In this document: positions 17,395 through 27,807 of the stretch, one piece after another | Numbering within the stretch: the stretch's first letter is position 1 | How the letters are laid out: each line of letters starts with the position of its first letter | Source of the DNA: an uncultured Christensenellaceae bacterium | Lineage (GTDB): Bacteria; Bacillota; Clostridia; Christensenellales; CAG-1252 | Assembly: GCA_964561145.1 (NCBI GenBank) | Contig: CAZLNZ010000004.1 | Coordinates: 27,047-91,046 of the forward strand | Length of the DNA: 64,000 nt | Reading direction: 5' to 3' | The notes under the pieces: model-generated | Told to the model about the DNA's origin: nothing | The model's database searches: none | Seen by the model: the letters and a program-made list of their open reading frames with translations, nothing else | Made by a program: the position numbers and the translations under genes

Positions 17395-18303
17395 ATGAAG
17401 GAACAAAGAAGTTTTATAAAAATAATATCGGATATTGCAAGTACCGAAGGATACACGCTTGAGACATATGGCGGCGGTTGGCTCCTTGAATTAAAAAACG
17501 GAGAGGATCGCTTATTGCTGCACGGATATAAGTTCCCTGTAAATGATGCTTCTGCCAGCACTCTTGCCGATGATAAAGCAACGCTAAGCGAGTTTCTTAT
17601 GCTTCACGGAATACCGCAAATTCCCCATTATTTTATCGATTGTAGAGGGGGTTGGCAGAAAATCGAACCTCTAGCACTATCACAGTTTAGGCAATACCCT
17701 GCCTTGGTGATAAAACCGAACAATGGTACCGGCGGGCAGAACGTGATGTTTGTAAATACGATGGAGGAGCTTAGGTTATGTGTGGAAAAGCTATCTAAAA
17801 TATATGATATGCTTGCCCTTTCTCCTTACGTTGAAGCAGAGGCGGAGTACCGAGTAATCATCTATAACGGAGAGGTCGAAATATCATTTGAAAAAATTAG
17901 ACGTGTTGTTTACGGAGACGGAATTACCACTATTGGAGAGTTATCTAAGGGTGAGTACACAGACTTCCCTTTAGATTACATCCCACGAAAGGGCGAAAGG
18001 GTTTTACTTACAAAAAAACATAATTTGGGCTTGGGTGCAGTTCCAAAGACGATTGAGTCCAATGATAAAGATAAGATATTTGCACTTGCTAGAAAGGCTA
18101 TCAAGGTATCAGGCTTAAGCTTTGCATCGGTTGACATTTTAAGGGTTAAGGGCGAATTGTACGTTATTGAGATTAACAGTGGAGTTATGACAGAGCGGTA
18201 TTCGATGATGAGTAATGATAATTATGAAAGGGCAAGGGCAATGTACTCAAGGGTAATCAAGGATTGTTTCATGAAAAATAAAGGAAAAAATTCACATTCT
18301 TAA
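17395..18303 (+). CDS. ATP-grasp domain protein (RimK/ligase-like)
   Basis: LVIKPNNGTGGQNV, EYRVIIYNGEV and SVDILRVKGELYVIEINSG are typical ATP-grasp strands. Confidence 0.7.
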   Translation: MKEQRSFIKIISDIASTEGYTLETYGGGWLLELKNGEDRLLLHGYKFPVNDASASTLADDKATLSEFLMLHGIPQIPHYFIDCRGGWQKIEPLALSQFRQYPALVIKPNNGTGGQNVMFVNTMEELRLCVEKLSKIYDMLALSPYVEAEAEYRVIIYNGEVEISFEKIRRVVYGDGITTIGELSKGEYTDFPLDYIPRKGERVLLTKKHNLGLGAVPKTIESNDKDKIFALARKAIKVSGLSFASVDILRVKGELYVIEINSGVMTERYSMMSNDNYERARAMYSRVIKDCFMKNKGKNSHS

Positions 18304-18382
18304 AAAGTAATTTTCAATAAATCTTGAAATCATCTTCTAAATGTGATAAACTAAAACTAGTTTTATTTACGGAGGTCATATT

Positions 18383-19312
18383 ATGGCATATCAAAAATCG
18401 GAATTTTTCTTTCCTTCGACTACAGGATTAGCGGAAATTCATGCCGCAAAGTATATTCCCGTAGAAAAAGAGGTTGTGGCAGTCCTTCAGATTGCACACG
18501 GAATGGCTGAACACCTTGAAAGGTATGAAGCATTTATCGAAGCCTTGAGTGACGAGGGCATAGCAGTATATATAAACGATCATCTGGGACATGGTAAAAG
18601 TGTTAAATCTGAAGATGAGAAGGGCTATTTCGGTGAGCAGGGCTATAAAGGCTTAGTTGCCGATTGTGCAAGGCTTACTGAGATCGCAAAAGAAGATTAT
18701 CCCTCTATACCGTATTTTATTTTCGGACACAGTATGGGCTCCTTTGTTGCAAGAGCTTATTGTGTAGAACATCACGGGGCTATTGACGGAGCTATTATCT
18801 GTGGAACGGGAGGGGCAAATCCTGCCGCTGCAATGGGAATTGCTATTGCAAAGATGATTCAAAAATCCAAAGGGGATCATTATCACAGCACATTTATTAA
18901 TAATCTTGCTTTTGGTTCATATAACAAGAGGTTTGAGGGGCGTACCGACTTTGACTGGTTAACCAAGGATAACGAGCAGGTTGATAAATATATTGCAGAT
19001 CCCGATTGTGGTTTCTTGTTTACAGTCAACGGGTTTATTGCATTGTTCTCGGTTTTGAAATATGTTAACTCAAAGGATTGGTATCAAGGCGTCCCCGACA
19101 ATCTACCTATTTATTTGATTGCGGGAGAAGATGACCCCGTCGGCAATTACGGTATCGGTGTTTCCGATGTTTACAACAGATTGTTGGATACCGGGCATAT
19201 GGATGTTTCCATTTCTCTTTATCCCGACGCACGGCATGAAATTCTCAATGAGTCGGACACATTTGATAAGGTGGTAACCGACGTTGTTGCTTTTATAAAG
19301 AGTGTATCGTAG
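18383..19312 (+). CDS. Alpha/beta hydrolase (lysophospholipase/monoacylglycerol-lipase-like)
   Basis: HGMAEHLERY motif, nucleophile elbow GHSMGS, distal D and H (DARHEI). Confidence 0.8.
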   Translation: MAYQKSEFFFPSTTGLAEIHAAKYIPVEKEVVAVLQIAHGMAEHLERYEAFIEALSDEGIAVYINDHLGHGKSVKSEDEKGYFGEQGYKGLVADCARLTEIAKEDYPSIPYFIFGHSMGSFVARAYCVEHHGAIDGAIICGTGGANPAAAMGIAIAKMIQKSKGDHYHSTFINNLAFGSYNKRFEGRTDFDWLTKDNEQVDKYIADPDCGFLFTVNGFIALFSVLKYVNSKDWYQGVPDNLPIYLIAGEDDPVGNYGIGVSDVYNRLLDTGHMDVSISLYPDARHEILNESDTFDKVVTDVVAFIKSVS

Positions 19313-19344
19313 TAAATGAGATGTGTTTTTTAATAACATAGACC

Positions 19345-19372
19345 GGGGGCTTTAATTACAAAGCCCCTTTTT
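19345..19372 (+). terminator. Intrinsic terminator
   Basis: GGGGCTTT-aattac-AAAGCCCCTTTTT. Confidence 0.8.
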
Positions 19373-19450
19373 GGTTGTGACAATTTACTTGTCAGACAAG
19401 TTTATTTTGATGTAATATAAAATAATCGAAAGCTTAAAGAAGGTATCTCT

Positions 19451-20635
19451 ATGTATATGCTGTTGCTGGCAATTATTTATTTGGCTTTTATCAGCCTTGG
19501 GCTTCCCGATTCGTTACTAGGGTCGGCATGGCCTGTTATGCACCAAAGCTTATCGGCATCTCTTTCCGATGCAGGAATAATAACAATGATAATTTCCGGC
19601 TGTACCATTCTTTCCAGTGTTTTTTCAGAGAAACTGGTAGCCAAGCTAAAAACCCAGTGGGTGGTGGTAATAAGCGTATTTTTAACGGCAATAGCAATGT
19701 TAGGTTTCTCTTTCGCAACACGCTTTTGGCACTTGATAATTTGGGCAATCCCCTATGGGTTAGGTGCAGGTGCCATTGATTCCTCTTTGAATAATTTTGT
19801 AGCTTGTCATTATAAATCGAAACATATGAGTTGGCTTCACTGCTTTTGGGGAGTCGGTGCAATAGCAAGTCCTTTGATTATGGGTTATTCCATAAGGTTA
19901 AGCGGTTGGCAATTAGGGTATAGGCTAGTTGCTTACATTCAATTCGGACTTACGGTTATTTTTTTGGCTACAATTCCTATGTGGAAGAATAAAACAGTTA
20001 CTACAAATAATGAAGAGTCTATTCCGTTAGGTTTTAAGCGTCTGTTTAAGCTCAAGGGCGTGTTGCCTATGTTTATCGGGTTTTTCTGTTATACGGCAAT
20101 TGAGGCAACCTGCTTTTTGTGGGCAAGCACCTATTTAGTATCTGTACACGGTATTCAAGAGTCAAGTGCGGCATCCTTCTCTTCGTTGTTTTATGTAGGA
20201 ATGGCGGTGGGGCGTCTGTTGTCGGGGTTTGTATCTGAAAGACTAGGGGACAAAAAGCTTATATGGTTGGGTTATTCCATAGTACTTGTAGGAATCTTGA
20301 TGCTTATCTTTAATGCAGGAAGCGAGTATATGGCAATCATAGGTTTTTTGATTACCGGCTTGGGTTGCGGACCGATTTATCCTTCAACCGTTCATTCCTC
20401 TCCCGAAATGTACGGCAAGAATTATTCTCAAGGAATAATCGGAATACAAATGGGCTTTGCCTATGTCGGCACAACTTTTATGCCACCGCTATTCGGTCTT
20501 ATCGCAGAGAAGCATATAGGATTTTTCCCATTCTATCTCTTGATCTTTTTCGTTCTTGCTTTGATTATGGATAATCTGTATTTTATAAAAACAGCTAATA
20601 AAAAGGGACTTGTAACGATTGAGCCGGAAGATTAA
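19451..20635 (+). CDS. MFS transporter
   Basis: About 12 hydrophobic segments and a loop motif GRLLSGFVSERLGDKK between TM8 and TM9. Confidence 0.8.
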   Translation: MYMLLLAIIYLAFISLGLPDSLLGSAWPVMHQSLSASLSDAGIITMIISGCTILSSVFSEKLVAKLKTQWVVVISVFLTAIAMLGFSFATRFWHLIIWAIPYGLGAGAIDSSLNNFVACHYKSKHMSWLHCFWGVGAIASPLIMGYSIRLSGWQLGYRLVAYIQFGLTVIFLATIPMWKNKTVTTNNEESIPLGFKRLFKLKGVLPMFIGFFCYTAIEATCFLWASTYLVSVHGIQESSAASFSSLFYVGMAVGRLLSGFVSERLGDKKLIWLGYSIVLVGILMLIFNAGSEYMAIIGFLITGLGCGPIYPSTVHSSPEMYGKNYSQGIIGIQMGFAYVGTTFMPPLFGLIAEKHIGFFPFYLLIFFVLALIMDNLYFIKTANKKGLVTIEPED

Positions 20636-20756
20636 AGGGAAAGATAATCAGATGTATATTTGACACATTTATCTATTATTCGGTGCGAGGCTGTGTCGAA
20701 GAGTGTAGAAATTGCAGGATGGGGGTAAATTGTTGCAAATAATCTAAAAAGTAAAA

Positions 20757-20785
20757 TTGACTTTTTATATGCATTAATCTATAAT
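20757..20785 (+). promoter_or_regulatory. Sigma-70-type promoter for proS
   Basis: TTGACT, 17 nt, TATAAT. Confidence 0.6.
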
Positions 20786-20854
20786 AATATAGGCAGCTTG
20801 AGTTGCTAGTTTTTGTGGTTGAATTAAAGTATTCAAGCAAATAAGGAGTTTAAT

Positions 20855-22582
20855 ATGAAAGTCAGCTCATTATTAGGAGAAAGACTAAAATCGGTATCCG
20901 ATGATATAGTTATTGAAAGTCAGCTTTTGATGACCAAGGGCGGATATATGAAGAATGTGGGCAATGGTATTTATTCCCTTTTCACGCCTACTCAAAGAAT
21001 TTCACAAAAGATTCAAAAAATTTTAAGAGAGGAAATGGATGCTCTTGACGGACAAGAGGTGCTTTTTCCTGTTGTTATGCCGGCTTCCATTTGGCAAGAG
21101 TCCGGCAGATACTCCTCTATCGGTAGCGAAATGGTACGTTTCAAGGATAGAAGCGATTCTGATTTAGTACTTGGAATGACTCATGAGGAAGCATCTGTTC
21201 ATTTGGCAAGAAATGTTGCTAAGTCGTACACACAATATCCCTTTATGATATATCAAATTCAAACAAAGTTCCGTGATGAACCTAGAGCACGTGGTGGTTT
21301 GATTAGGGTAAGAGAGTTTACGATGAAGGATGCATATTCCTTCCATAGAACGCAAGAGGATCTCGATGTGTTTTATTCACGTTGCTATGAAGCCTATAAT
21401 CGTATTTTCAATAGGGCAGGCGTTAAGAATTTTATTTCCGTAAAATCTGATTCGGGAATGATGGGCGGAAGTGTTTCTCATGAATATATGCTATTAACTC
21501 CCATTGGTGAGGATACTTTGGCAATTTGTTCAGACAGGGAATGCGGATATACTGCTAATATGGAAGTTGCCGCTTGCCGGTATGATTATCCCGTGATAGA
21601 GGCAACAGAACTTCAAAAAATACACACACCTCATGTTAAGACCATCGAGGGGCTACAAAAGCTTTTGAAATGTAGCGGAAAAGAGCTTTGCAAGGCAGTA
21701 GTATATCAAACAAACGATACCGATGAGTATGTTGTTATTTTTATAAGAGGTGACCTTGAAGTAAACGAAACAAAGCTTAGAAATTATCTTAAACGTGAAA
21801 TACACAAGGCTCAGGATATATCCGAAAACAGCGGAATTACCGCAGGTTTCATCGGACCTGTCGGCTTTGACGGTAAGGCAATTGTCGTGTACGACCTTTC
21901 ATTGAAGGGATTGAATTCACTTGTTGCAGGTGCCAACGAAGAGGGCTATCATGTAAAGGGCGTGAATCTGTCACGTGATGTTGGTGACGTTGAGTACGTT
22001 GATGTGGCAAAAATCACAGAAGGGGCTATTTGTCCTAAGTGCGGCAAGAAGACAATAACACTCTCAAACGGCATTGAAATCGGTAACATTTTCCAATTAG
22101 GAACCAAGTACACAAAGAGTATGGAGATGACCTATATTGATGAGAACAATTCACCTCAATACCCGATTATGGGTTGTTACGGAATAGGTGTAGGTCGTTT
22201 GATTGCAAGTATTTGCGAGGAAAGTCATGATAAATACGGACCCATTTGGCCTATATCAATTGCCCCTTGGCAAGTAGAGATCTGTAATCTGAGAGCCGAC
22301 GATGAATATGTTAACGGTATTGCCGAAAATCTTTATGCCGATTTATCAAAGAATCTTGAAGTACTTTATGACGACAGAAATATTCGCCCCGGCTCGATGT
22401 TTGCCGATGCCGATCTATTCGGTATCCCTGTAAGGGTCGTTGTAAGTCCTAAGAACCTGGAACAAGGAATGCTTGAGATCAGCACGAGAGATAAGAGTGT
22501 TAAGACAACAGTTAAGCTCGAGGAAGCAAAAGCATTTATCTTAGAGCTTGTCGAAGAGTTGTATAAACCCTATAGAATATGA
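20855..22582 (+). CDS. proS: Prolyl-tRNA synthetase, bacterial type with an inserted editing domain
   Basis: Class II motifs (FRDE.R.R.GL.R.REF, GCYGIGVGR), 575 aa, RBS AAGGAG. Confidence 0.93.
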   Translation: MKVSSLLGERLKSVSDDIVIESQLLMTKGGYMKNVGNGIYSLFTPTQRISQKIQKILREEMDALDGQEVLFPVVMPASIWQESGRYSSIGSEMVRFKDRSDSDLVLGMTHEEASVHLARNVAKSYTQYPFMIYQIQTKFRDEPRARGGLIRVREFTMKDAYSFHRTQEDLDVFYSRCYEAYNRIFNRAGVKNFISVKSDSGMMGGSVSHEYMLLTPIGEDTLAICSDRECGYTANMEVAACRYDYPVIEATELQKIHTPHVKTIEGLQKLLKCSGKELCKAVVYQTNDTDEYVVIFIRGDLEVNETKLRNYLKREIHKAQDISENSGITAGFIGPVGFDGKAIVVYDLSLKGLNSLVAGANEEGYHVKGVNLSRDVGDVEYVDVAKITEGAICPKCGKKTITLSNGIEIGNIFQLGTKYTKSMEMTYIDENNSPQYPIMGCYGIGVGRLIASICEESHDKYGPIWPISIAPWQVEICNLRADDEYVNGIAENLYADLSKNLEVLYDDRNIRPGSMFADADLFGIPVRVVVSPKNLEQGMLEISTRDKSVKTTVKLEEAKAFILELVEELYKPYRI

Positions 22583-23046
22583 TTAGATTAGCGACAAAGG
22601 ACGATGCTAATGAGATATTGAGGCTATTGCAACAGATAGCCTCTTATCATGCTAAGTTGTATCCGGATATTCTTAGAGCAGAGGGCTTTAAGTACAGTGT
22701 TAGGCAGATAGTAGAGCTTATTGATAACCCTTCCGTTCAAGTCTTTGTTTTGGAAGAGGAGGGCGAAATATTAGCCGAAGCTATTTGTATAAAAAAGCTT
22801 ACGTATTCCACTCCGCTAAGCTTTGGTGCTAAAATCTTGTTTATTGATGATTTTTGTGTTGATGAATCAAGAAGGCACGAAGGATTAGGTGTAAAGCTTA
22901 TGCTAGGGATAAAAAGTTATGCTCAAGAGAATAAATACGATCAAATACAGCTTAACTGTTGGGAGAATAATGTAGCCGCTCACTCTTTTTATGAAAAAGA
23001 GGGTTTTTGCGATTTGAAGAGGACAATGCTTTTCAAAGTCAAATGA
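22579..23046 (+). CDS. GNAT-family N-acetyltransferase
   Basis: Acetyl-CoA motif RRHEGLGVKLM and C-terminal FYEKEGF. ATGA overlap with proS. Confidence 0.85.
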   Translation: MIRLATKDDANEILRLLQQIASYHAKLYPDILRAEGFKYSVRQIVELIDNPSVQVFVLEEEGEILAEAICIKKLTYSTPLSFGAKILFIDDFCVDESRRHEGLGVKLMLGIKSYAQENKYDQIQLNCWENNVAAHSFYEKEGFCDLKRTMLFKVK

Positions 23047-23108
23047 GTTTAAACGGCTAATATATGTTATAATAGTCAAAACTATTTAGGTAAAAGAAAA
23101 GGTGGATC

Positions 23109-25925
23109 ATGAAACCATATTCCCAAAATTTAGACGAATTATATCGTGAATTAAATACCTCAAAGACCGGACTGTCGAGTGATGAGGCTAGGGCTAGACT
23201 TACAGCAAATGGAAGGAATGAACTTGACGAGGGAAAGAAAAAAAGTATAGCACAAAGGTTTTTCTCTCAATTTAAGGACGTAATGATTATAGTTTTGATT
23301 GTTGCGGCAGTAGTTTCCTCCATTCTCGCAATCATACAAGGTCAAAAATCAGGGGAATACACCGACTTGATTGACGCCGGTATAATACTTTTCATTGTTC
23401 TTTTGAATGCGGTAATCGGTACCATACAAGAGATCAAAGCGGACAATTCTCTTGAGGCATTAAGGAATATGAACAAGCCTGCATGTAAGGTATACCGAGA
23501 CGGAATTCTAGAGCGTATTAATTCCGAGGACCTTGTAACGGGTGATGTCGTTGTTCTTGAGGCAGGTGATTATGTTCCTGCAGACTTACGTCTTATCGAC
23601 AGTGCCTCCTTGAAAATCGAAGAATCTGCGCTTACAGGGGAATCTGTCCCGGTAGAAAAGGATTTTAATCAGATTATACCGGAAAATGCACCTCTAGGAG
23701 ATAGGGTTAATATGGCATACAGCACAGGCACTGTTAGTTATGGTAGAGGCATCGGTGTTGTTGTCGGTACCGGGATGAATACCGAAGTAGGTAAAATTGC
23801 AGGTATGCTCACAGGGGAGGAGCAAACAACTCCTTTACAAAAGCAACTCGCCAAAACTGCAAAGATAATATCTGTTGTCGTGCTTATCGTTGCGGCAGTT
23901 ATTTTTGCAGTGTCTTTAATTAGGGGTTTAATAACCAAAGAAGGGGAACTGTTGGATGAAATAATCTCTTGCTTTATGACAGCTGTAGCTATAGCCGTAG
24001 CCGCGATTCCCGAAGGATTACCTGCAGTTATAACCATAGTTTTAGCTCTTGGTGTACAGCGTATGAGTAAAAGAAACGCAATAATACGCAATTTGCCTGC
24101 GGTTGAAACTCTTGGTTGCTGTGAAGTAATCTGCTCAGATAAAACAGGAACGCTGACCTTGAATAAAATGACTGTTAAGGAGGTATATTTACCCTCCGGT
24201 CACTACGTTAATGAGCTTCCGGAAAATCAAGAGAGTGAACTTTTGATGAAGGTGATGTGCTTAGCTAACGATACAAATAAGACAGAAGAGGGACTATTCG
24301 GAGACCCGACGGAAACTGCACTTGTTGCCTTCTGTGAAGAAAGGGGTGTTAGCTATAAGCAAATAAGAAATGAGAATAAGCGAATGGACGAAATACCCTT
24401 TGACAGTATTCGCAAGCTCATGACTACCCTTAATAAGCGTGACGGTAAATTTCTACAATGTACAAAGGGCGCACCCGATATATTGATACGAAGATGCACT
24501 AGCATATATGTTAACGGTGAGGTTAGAGCAATTACTCCTAACGACGTACAGTCGATAGAAGAGGCTAATCTTGCAATGGGAAAGAAGGCATTAAGGGTAT
24601 TGGGTATTGCCGTTAAGTTTGAATTTAATCGCAGTATCGATGAAAACGAACTTTGCTTCGTGGGTTTGGTCGGAATGATCGATCCTCCTAGAGATGAAGT
24701 TAAGGAAGCTGTTCAGCGTTGTATTAAAGCGGGTATCCGGCCCATAATGATAACGGGTGATCATATGCAAACGGCTGCGGCAATTGCCGAAGAAATCGGT
24801 ATAAAGCGTGGCGGTGACATGGTTATGAGCGGTGCTATGATCGATTTGTTAACAGATGAAGAATTTGCTGAATGTATTAAGAATTATAGTGTTTTTGCGA
24901 GAGTCAGTCCTGAAAATAAGGTGAGAATTGTAAAAGCGTATCAAGCACAGGGCATGGTTGTCGCAATGACCGGTGACGGTGTAAATGACGCTCCTGCAAT
25001 TAAGAACGCCGATATCGGTGTCGGCATGGGAATTACAGGTACCGATGTTAGCAAGGGTGCCGCCGACATGGTTCTTGCCGATGATAACTTTGTAACAATA
25101 GTAGGTGCCATAGAGGAAGGAAGAAAGATTTTCGCAAATATTATAAAAGCGGTACAGTTTTTATTTTCTGCCAATATTGCAGAGGTAATGTGTTTGTTTA
25201 TAGCTACTGTAATACTTGGCTCGATTCAAGGAGAAAACGTAACTTTCCTAACTGCAGTAATGATTTTGTGGGTTAACCTTATAACTGATACTTTGCCGGC
25301 ATTGGCATTAGGTGTTGAAAAGGCTGAAACAAATATTATGAAGGAGCCACCGAGGAAACAAGGTAAATCACTCTTTTCCGGTAACGTTGGAAAGAATATT
25401 ATTATTCAAGGGATAATGCAAACAGTATTATGCATGTTGTCTTTCTGTTTGGGATATTATGTTTTAAAAGCACCGATGGAAGCTTCTACAATGGCATTTA
25501 TCACTATAAGTTTTATTCAATTATTCCATGCCTATAACTTAAGATCCGAAGATGATAGTATTTTAAAAAAGGGTTTATTCTCCAACAAGCTGTTGAATCT
25601 ATCCTTTATAATCGGTGCAGTCCTTATGTTGTTTGTGATTCTTGTCCCGGGCATTAACAGTTGGTTTGGAGTTGTTTCGCTTTCCTTTGGACAGTGGGGC
25701 ATTGCTTTAGGTTTAGCAATCGCAATAATTCCTTGTGTTGAAATACAAAAACTTATTGAACGGAGAGTCAAAAGAAATAAAAGAAAGAATGCTTATAGGA
25801 AATCATTGATGCGTGCTTCCAAAGAGAGAAGAGCGTCAAGACGCAAGACAAACACAACGACGGCAGGGTACGCAACACACCAAAGCGGTGCTTTCTCCGA
25901 GAAGGACATTACCGAGGAGAAGTAA
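23109..25925 (+). CDS. Calcium-translocating P-type ATPase (type IIA/IIB-like) with a basic C-terminal tail
   Basis: TGES, PEGLP, CSDKTGTLT, TGDHM, MTGDGVNDAPA, ten TM segments. Confidence 0.9.
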   Translation: MKPYSQNLDELYRELNTSKTGLSSDEARARLTANGRNELDEGKKKSIAQRFFSQFKDVMIIVLIVAAVVSSILAIIQGQKSGEYTDLIDAGIILFIVLLNAVIGTIQEIKADNSLEALRNMNKPACKVYRDGILERINSEDLVTGDVVVLEAGDYVPADLRLIDSASLKIEESALTGESVPVEKDFNQIIPENAPLGDRVNMAYSTGTVSYGRGIGVVVGTGMNTEVGKIAGMLTGEEQTTPLQKQLAKTAKIISVVVLIVAAVIFAVSLIRGLITKEGELLDEIISCFMTAVAIAVAAIPEGLPAVITIVLALGVQRMSKRNAIIRNLPAVETLGCCEVICSDKTGTLTLNKMTVKEVYLPSGHYVNELPENQESELLMKVMCLANDTNKTEEGLFGDPTETALVAFCEERGVSYKQIRNENKRMDEIPFDSIRKLMTTLNKRDGKFLQCTKGAPDILIRRCTSIYVNGEVRAITPNDVQSIEEANLAMGKKALRVLGIAVKFEFNRSIDENELCFVGLVGMIDPPRDEVKEAVQRCIKAGIRPIMITGDHMQTAAAIAEEIGIKRGGDMVMSGAMIDLLTDEEFAECIKNYSVFARVSPENKVRIVKAYQAQGMVVAMTGDGVNDAPAIKNADIGVGMGITGTDVSKGAADMVLADDNFVTIVGAIEEGRKIFANIIKAVQFLFSANIAEVMCLFIATVILGSIQGENVTFLTAVMILWVNLITDTLPALALGVEKAETNIMKEPPRKQGKSLFSGNVGKNIIIQGIMQTVLCMLSFCLGYYVLKAPMEASTMAFITISFIQLFHAYNLRSEDDSILKKGLFSNKLLNLSFIIGAVLMLFVILVPGINSWFGVVSLSFGQWGIALGLAIAIIPCVEIQKLIERRVKRNKRKNAYRKSLMRASKERRASRRKTNTTTAGYATHQSGAFSEKDITEEK

Positions 25926-25927
25926 CT

Positions 25928-26614
25928 GTGAAAAATATACTATTAATCGACGTTGATAATACCATTCTAGACTTTGATTTAGGCGAACGACTTGCTTTAA
26001 TTGCGGCACTCAAGCAATTAGGCTTACCTTATGATGAAGAGGTTATTCAAGCCTACCATCACTTTAATATAGGTGTATGGGAGGAATTTGAGCGGGGTGA
26101 ACTTACCCAAAAGGAGCTGATAGGAAAACGTTTCCGGCTACTTCTCGATTATCTGGGAAATGAAGAATATAGCGGAGAATTTGTAAATAGCCTCTATTCT
26201 GATATGTTGTCTAAACAACATCATTATATGCCCGGGGCGGAGAAGTTTCTCCAAGAAATATCGAAGCATTACAGAATCATCCTTGTATCGAACGGGATTG
26301 ACTACATACAGGATAGAAGATTGCGTGAAAGCGGATTGATTAATATTGCCGAGAAAGCATTCATTTCTTCAAAGCTTGGTGTTCAAAAACCTTCTTTGGA
26401 ATACTTTGAAAGGGTTTCAAGAGATATACCGATGTTTTCAAAGGATAAGGCTGTTATGGTAGGAGATAGCTTGACCAGCGATGTTCAGGGCGGCATTAAT
26501 TTCGGAGTAACCACTATTTGGTTCAACTATAAGAAGAAAAGTATAGCACCTCCATCAGGCGTAATACAAGCTCATAATTTTGATGATTTAAAATGGGTAT
26601 TGTTATCTATATAA
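25928..26614 (+). CDS. HAD-superfamily hydrolase, YjjG-like nucleotidase
   Basis: Motif I IDVDNT, SNG, motif IV GDSLTSDVQGG. GTG start 8 nt after GAGGAG. Confidence 0.75.
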   Translation: MKNILLIDVDNTILDFDLGERLALIAALKQLGLPYDEEVIQAYHHFNIGVWEEFERGELTQKELIGKRFRLLLDYLGNEEYSGEFVNSLYSDMLSKQHHYMPGAEKFLQEISKHYRIILVSNGIDYIQDRRLRESGLINIAEKAFISSKLGVQKPSLEYFERVSRDIPMFSKDKAVMVGDSLTSDVQGGINFGVTTIWFNYKKKSIAPPSGVIQAHNFDDLKWVLLSI

Positions 26615-26770
26615 TAGAGACAAGTTAGAGCAGTAAGCATATGTGCTACTGGTTTTTTGTGAACGTTATTATCTTCAGGATAATTGTAGCTTTTATAATT
26701 TATTTTTAATCTTTAAAACGATGACCGAATTTTTATACGTAGAAGAAGTGATTGTTCCTACGTGAGACAA

Positions 26771-26798
26771 TAAAAAAAGGCTGGAAAACCAACCCTTG
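26771..26798 (-). terminator. Intrinsic terminator of the lipoprotein gene
   Basis: Minus strand: AAGGGTTGG-uuuu-CCAGCCUUUUUUU. Confidence 0.6.
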
Positions 26799-26816
26799 TA
26801 GATTTTATTGTAGATA

Positions 26817-27668
26817 CTATTCAGAAACCTTGATATCCTTTAACACGTAATTGTAGCCGTCTTCTTCAATTTTAACCATTGCTTTGATTACGTCCTTGCC
26901 TTCAACTGAAACGGGTTGATCTGCATAGTATATATATCTCGCAGTACCTGAGCCCTTGTCTGCAGCCATATTGGCGACAATGCATGTGCATGTTAGTGTG
27001 GGATTATCAATTAAGGTTAACTCGCTTTTTACTTCAACTTCAACGCTGTTCTTGTATACTGAAACCGATTTTGCGGAATAATCCTCATTGCTTAAAAGAC
27101 TGAATGAAAGGGAATAGTTGCTTGAGAAAACAGAGCCTCTTATTAAGGTATATATGCTTTCATTATCATATCTATAAACCTTGCTTTTAATCTTTGTGAA
27201 CTCTTTTTCCTCTCCGCCGTTTCTAACATATGTACCTGTTTTACTACCTGTGGTATAATCTGCAAAAACGGTGTAGCTTATATCATCGTTCTTTTGTCCG
27301 TCGACTATTGCATTATACGCCTTGAAGCTTGCAACCGGAATGAAAAGGCTATCAAAAAGTATGGAGGAATTGAGAGTGGAACCTTTATACTTGCCTTCTG
27401 TGATATCCAAAGAATATGTGGTAATGCAACCATTATTGCAATCAAAGTTTTTACCGTTGATTTCAGCACTGTTAACACGTTTGAAGGTGTACACCATTTC
27501 TCCAATAAGTTGTGCTTGCTCTGCGGTGTTATCGTAAACATTGTAAGTATATTGCTCATAATCGAGCCAACCAATGGAAATCATATTGATTTGATTGACA
27601 CTGGAACAGCCGGTTAAGCAAACCATACCGACGATAACTAGAACTAAAACGAATACTATTTTTTTCAT
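26817..27668 (-). CDS. Hypothetical lipoprotein
   Basis: Signal peptide ending in the lipobox LTGC. RBS GAGGTG before the ATG at 27668. Confidence 0.7.
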   Translation of the reverse strand: MKKIVFVLVLVIVGMVCLTGCSSVNQINMISIGWLDYEQYTYNVYDNTAEQAQLIGEMVYTFKRVNSAEINGKNFDCNNGCITTYSLDITEGKYKGSTLNSSILFDSLFIPVASFKAYNAIVDGQKNDDISYTVFADYTTGSKTGTYVRNGGEEKEFTKIKSKVYRYDNESIYTLIRGSVFSSNYSLSFSLLSNEDYSAKSVSVYKNSVEVEVKSELTLIDNPTLTCTCIVANMAADKGSGTARYIYYADQPVSVEGKDVIKAMVKIEEDGYNYVLKDIKVSE

Positions 27669-27807
27669 ATACACCTCTTTGAGATTTCACGCATTCTGTT
27701 TTGTTATTATATCACGCTTTAAAAAAAAAATAAAGCATTATAACGTTGAAAATAGCTTGTGTAATATGCTATAATACATATAATTCAGATTGAATAGGCG
27801 TTTTTGA

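Noticed and set aside
20636-20854. T-box leader upstream of proS
   Set aside because: No AGAGA or GNUGGNA stem I features and no conserved T-box sequence (GGTGGTACCGCG-like) are present. There is only a promoter and a short UTR.
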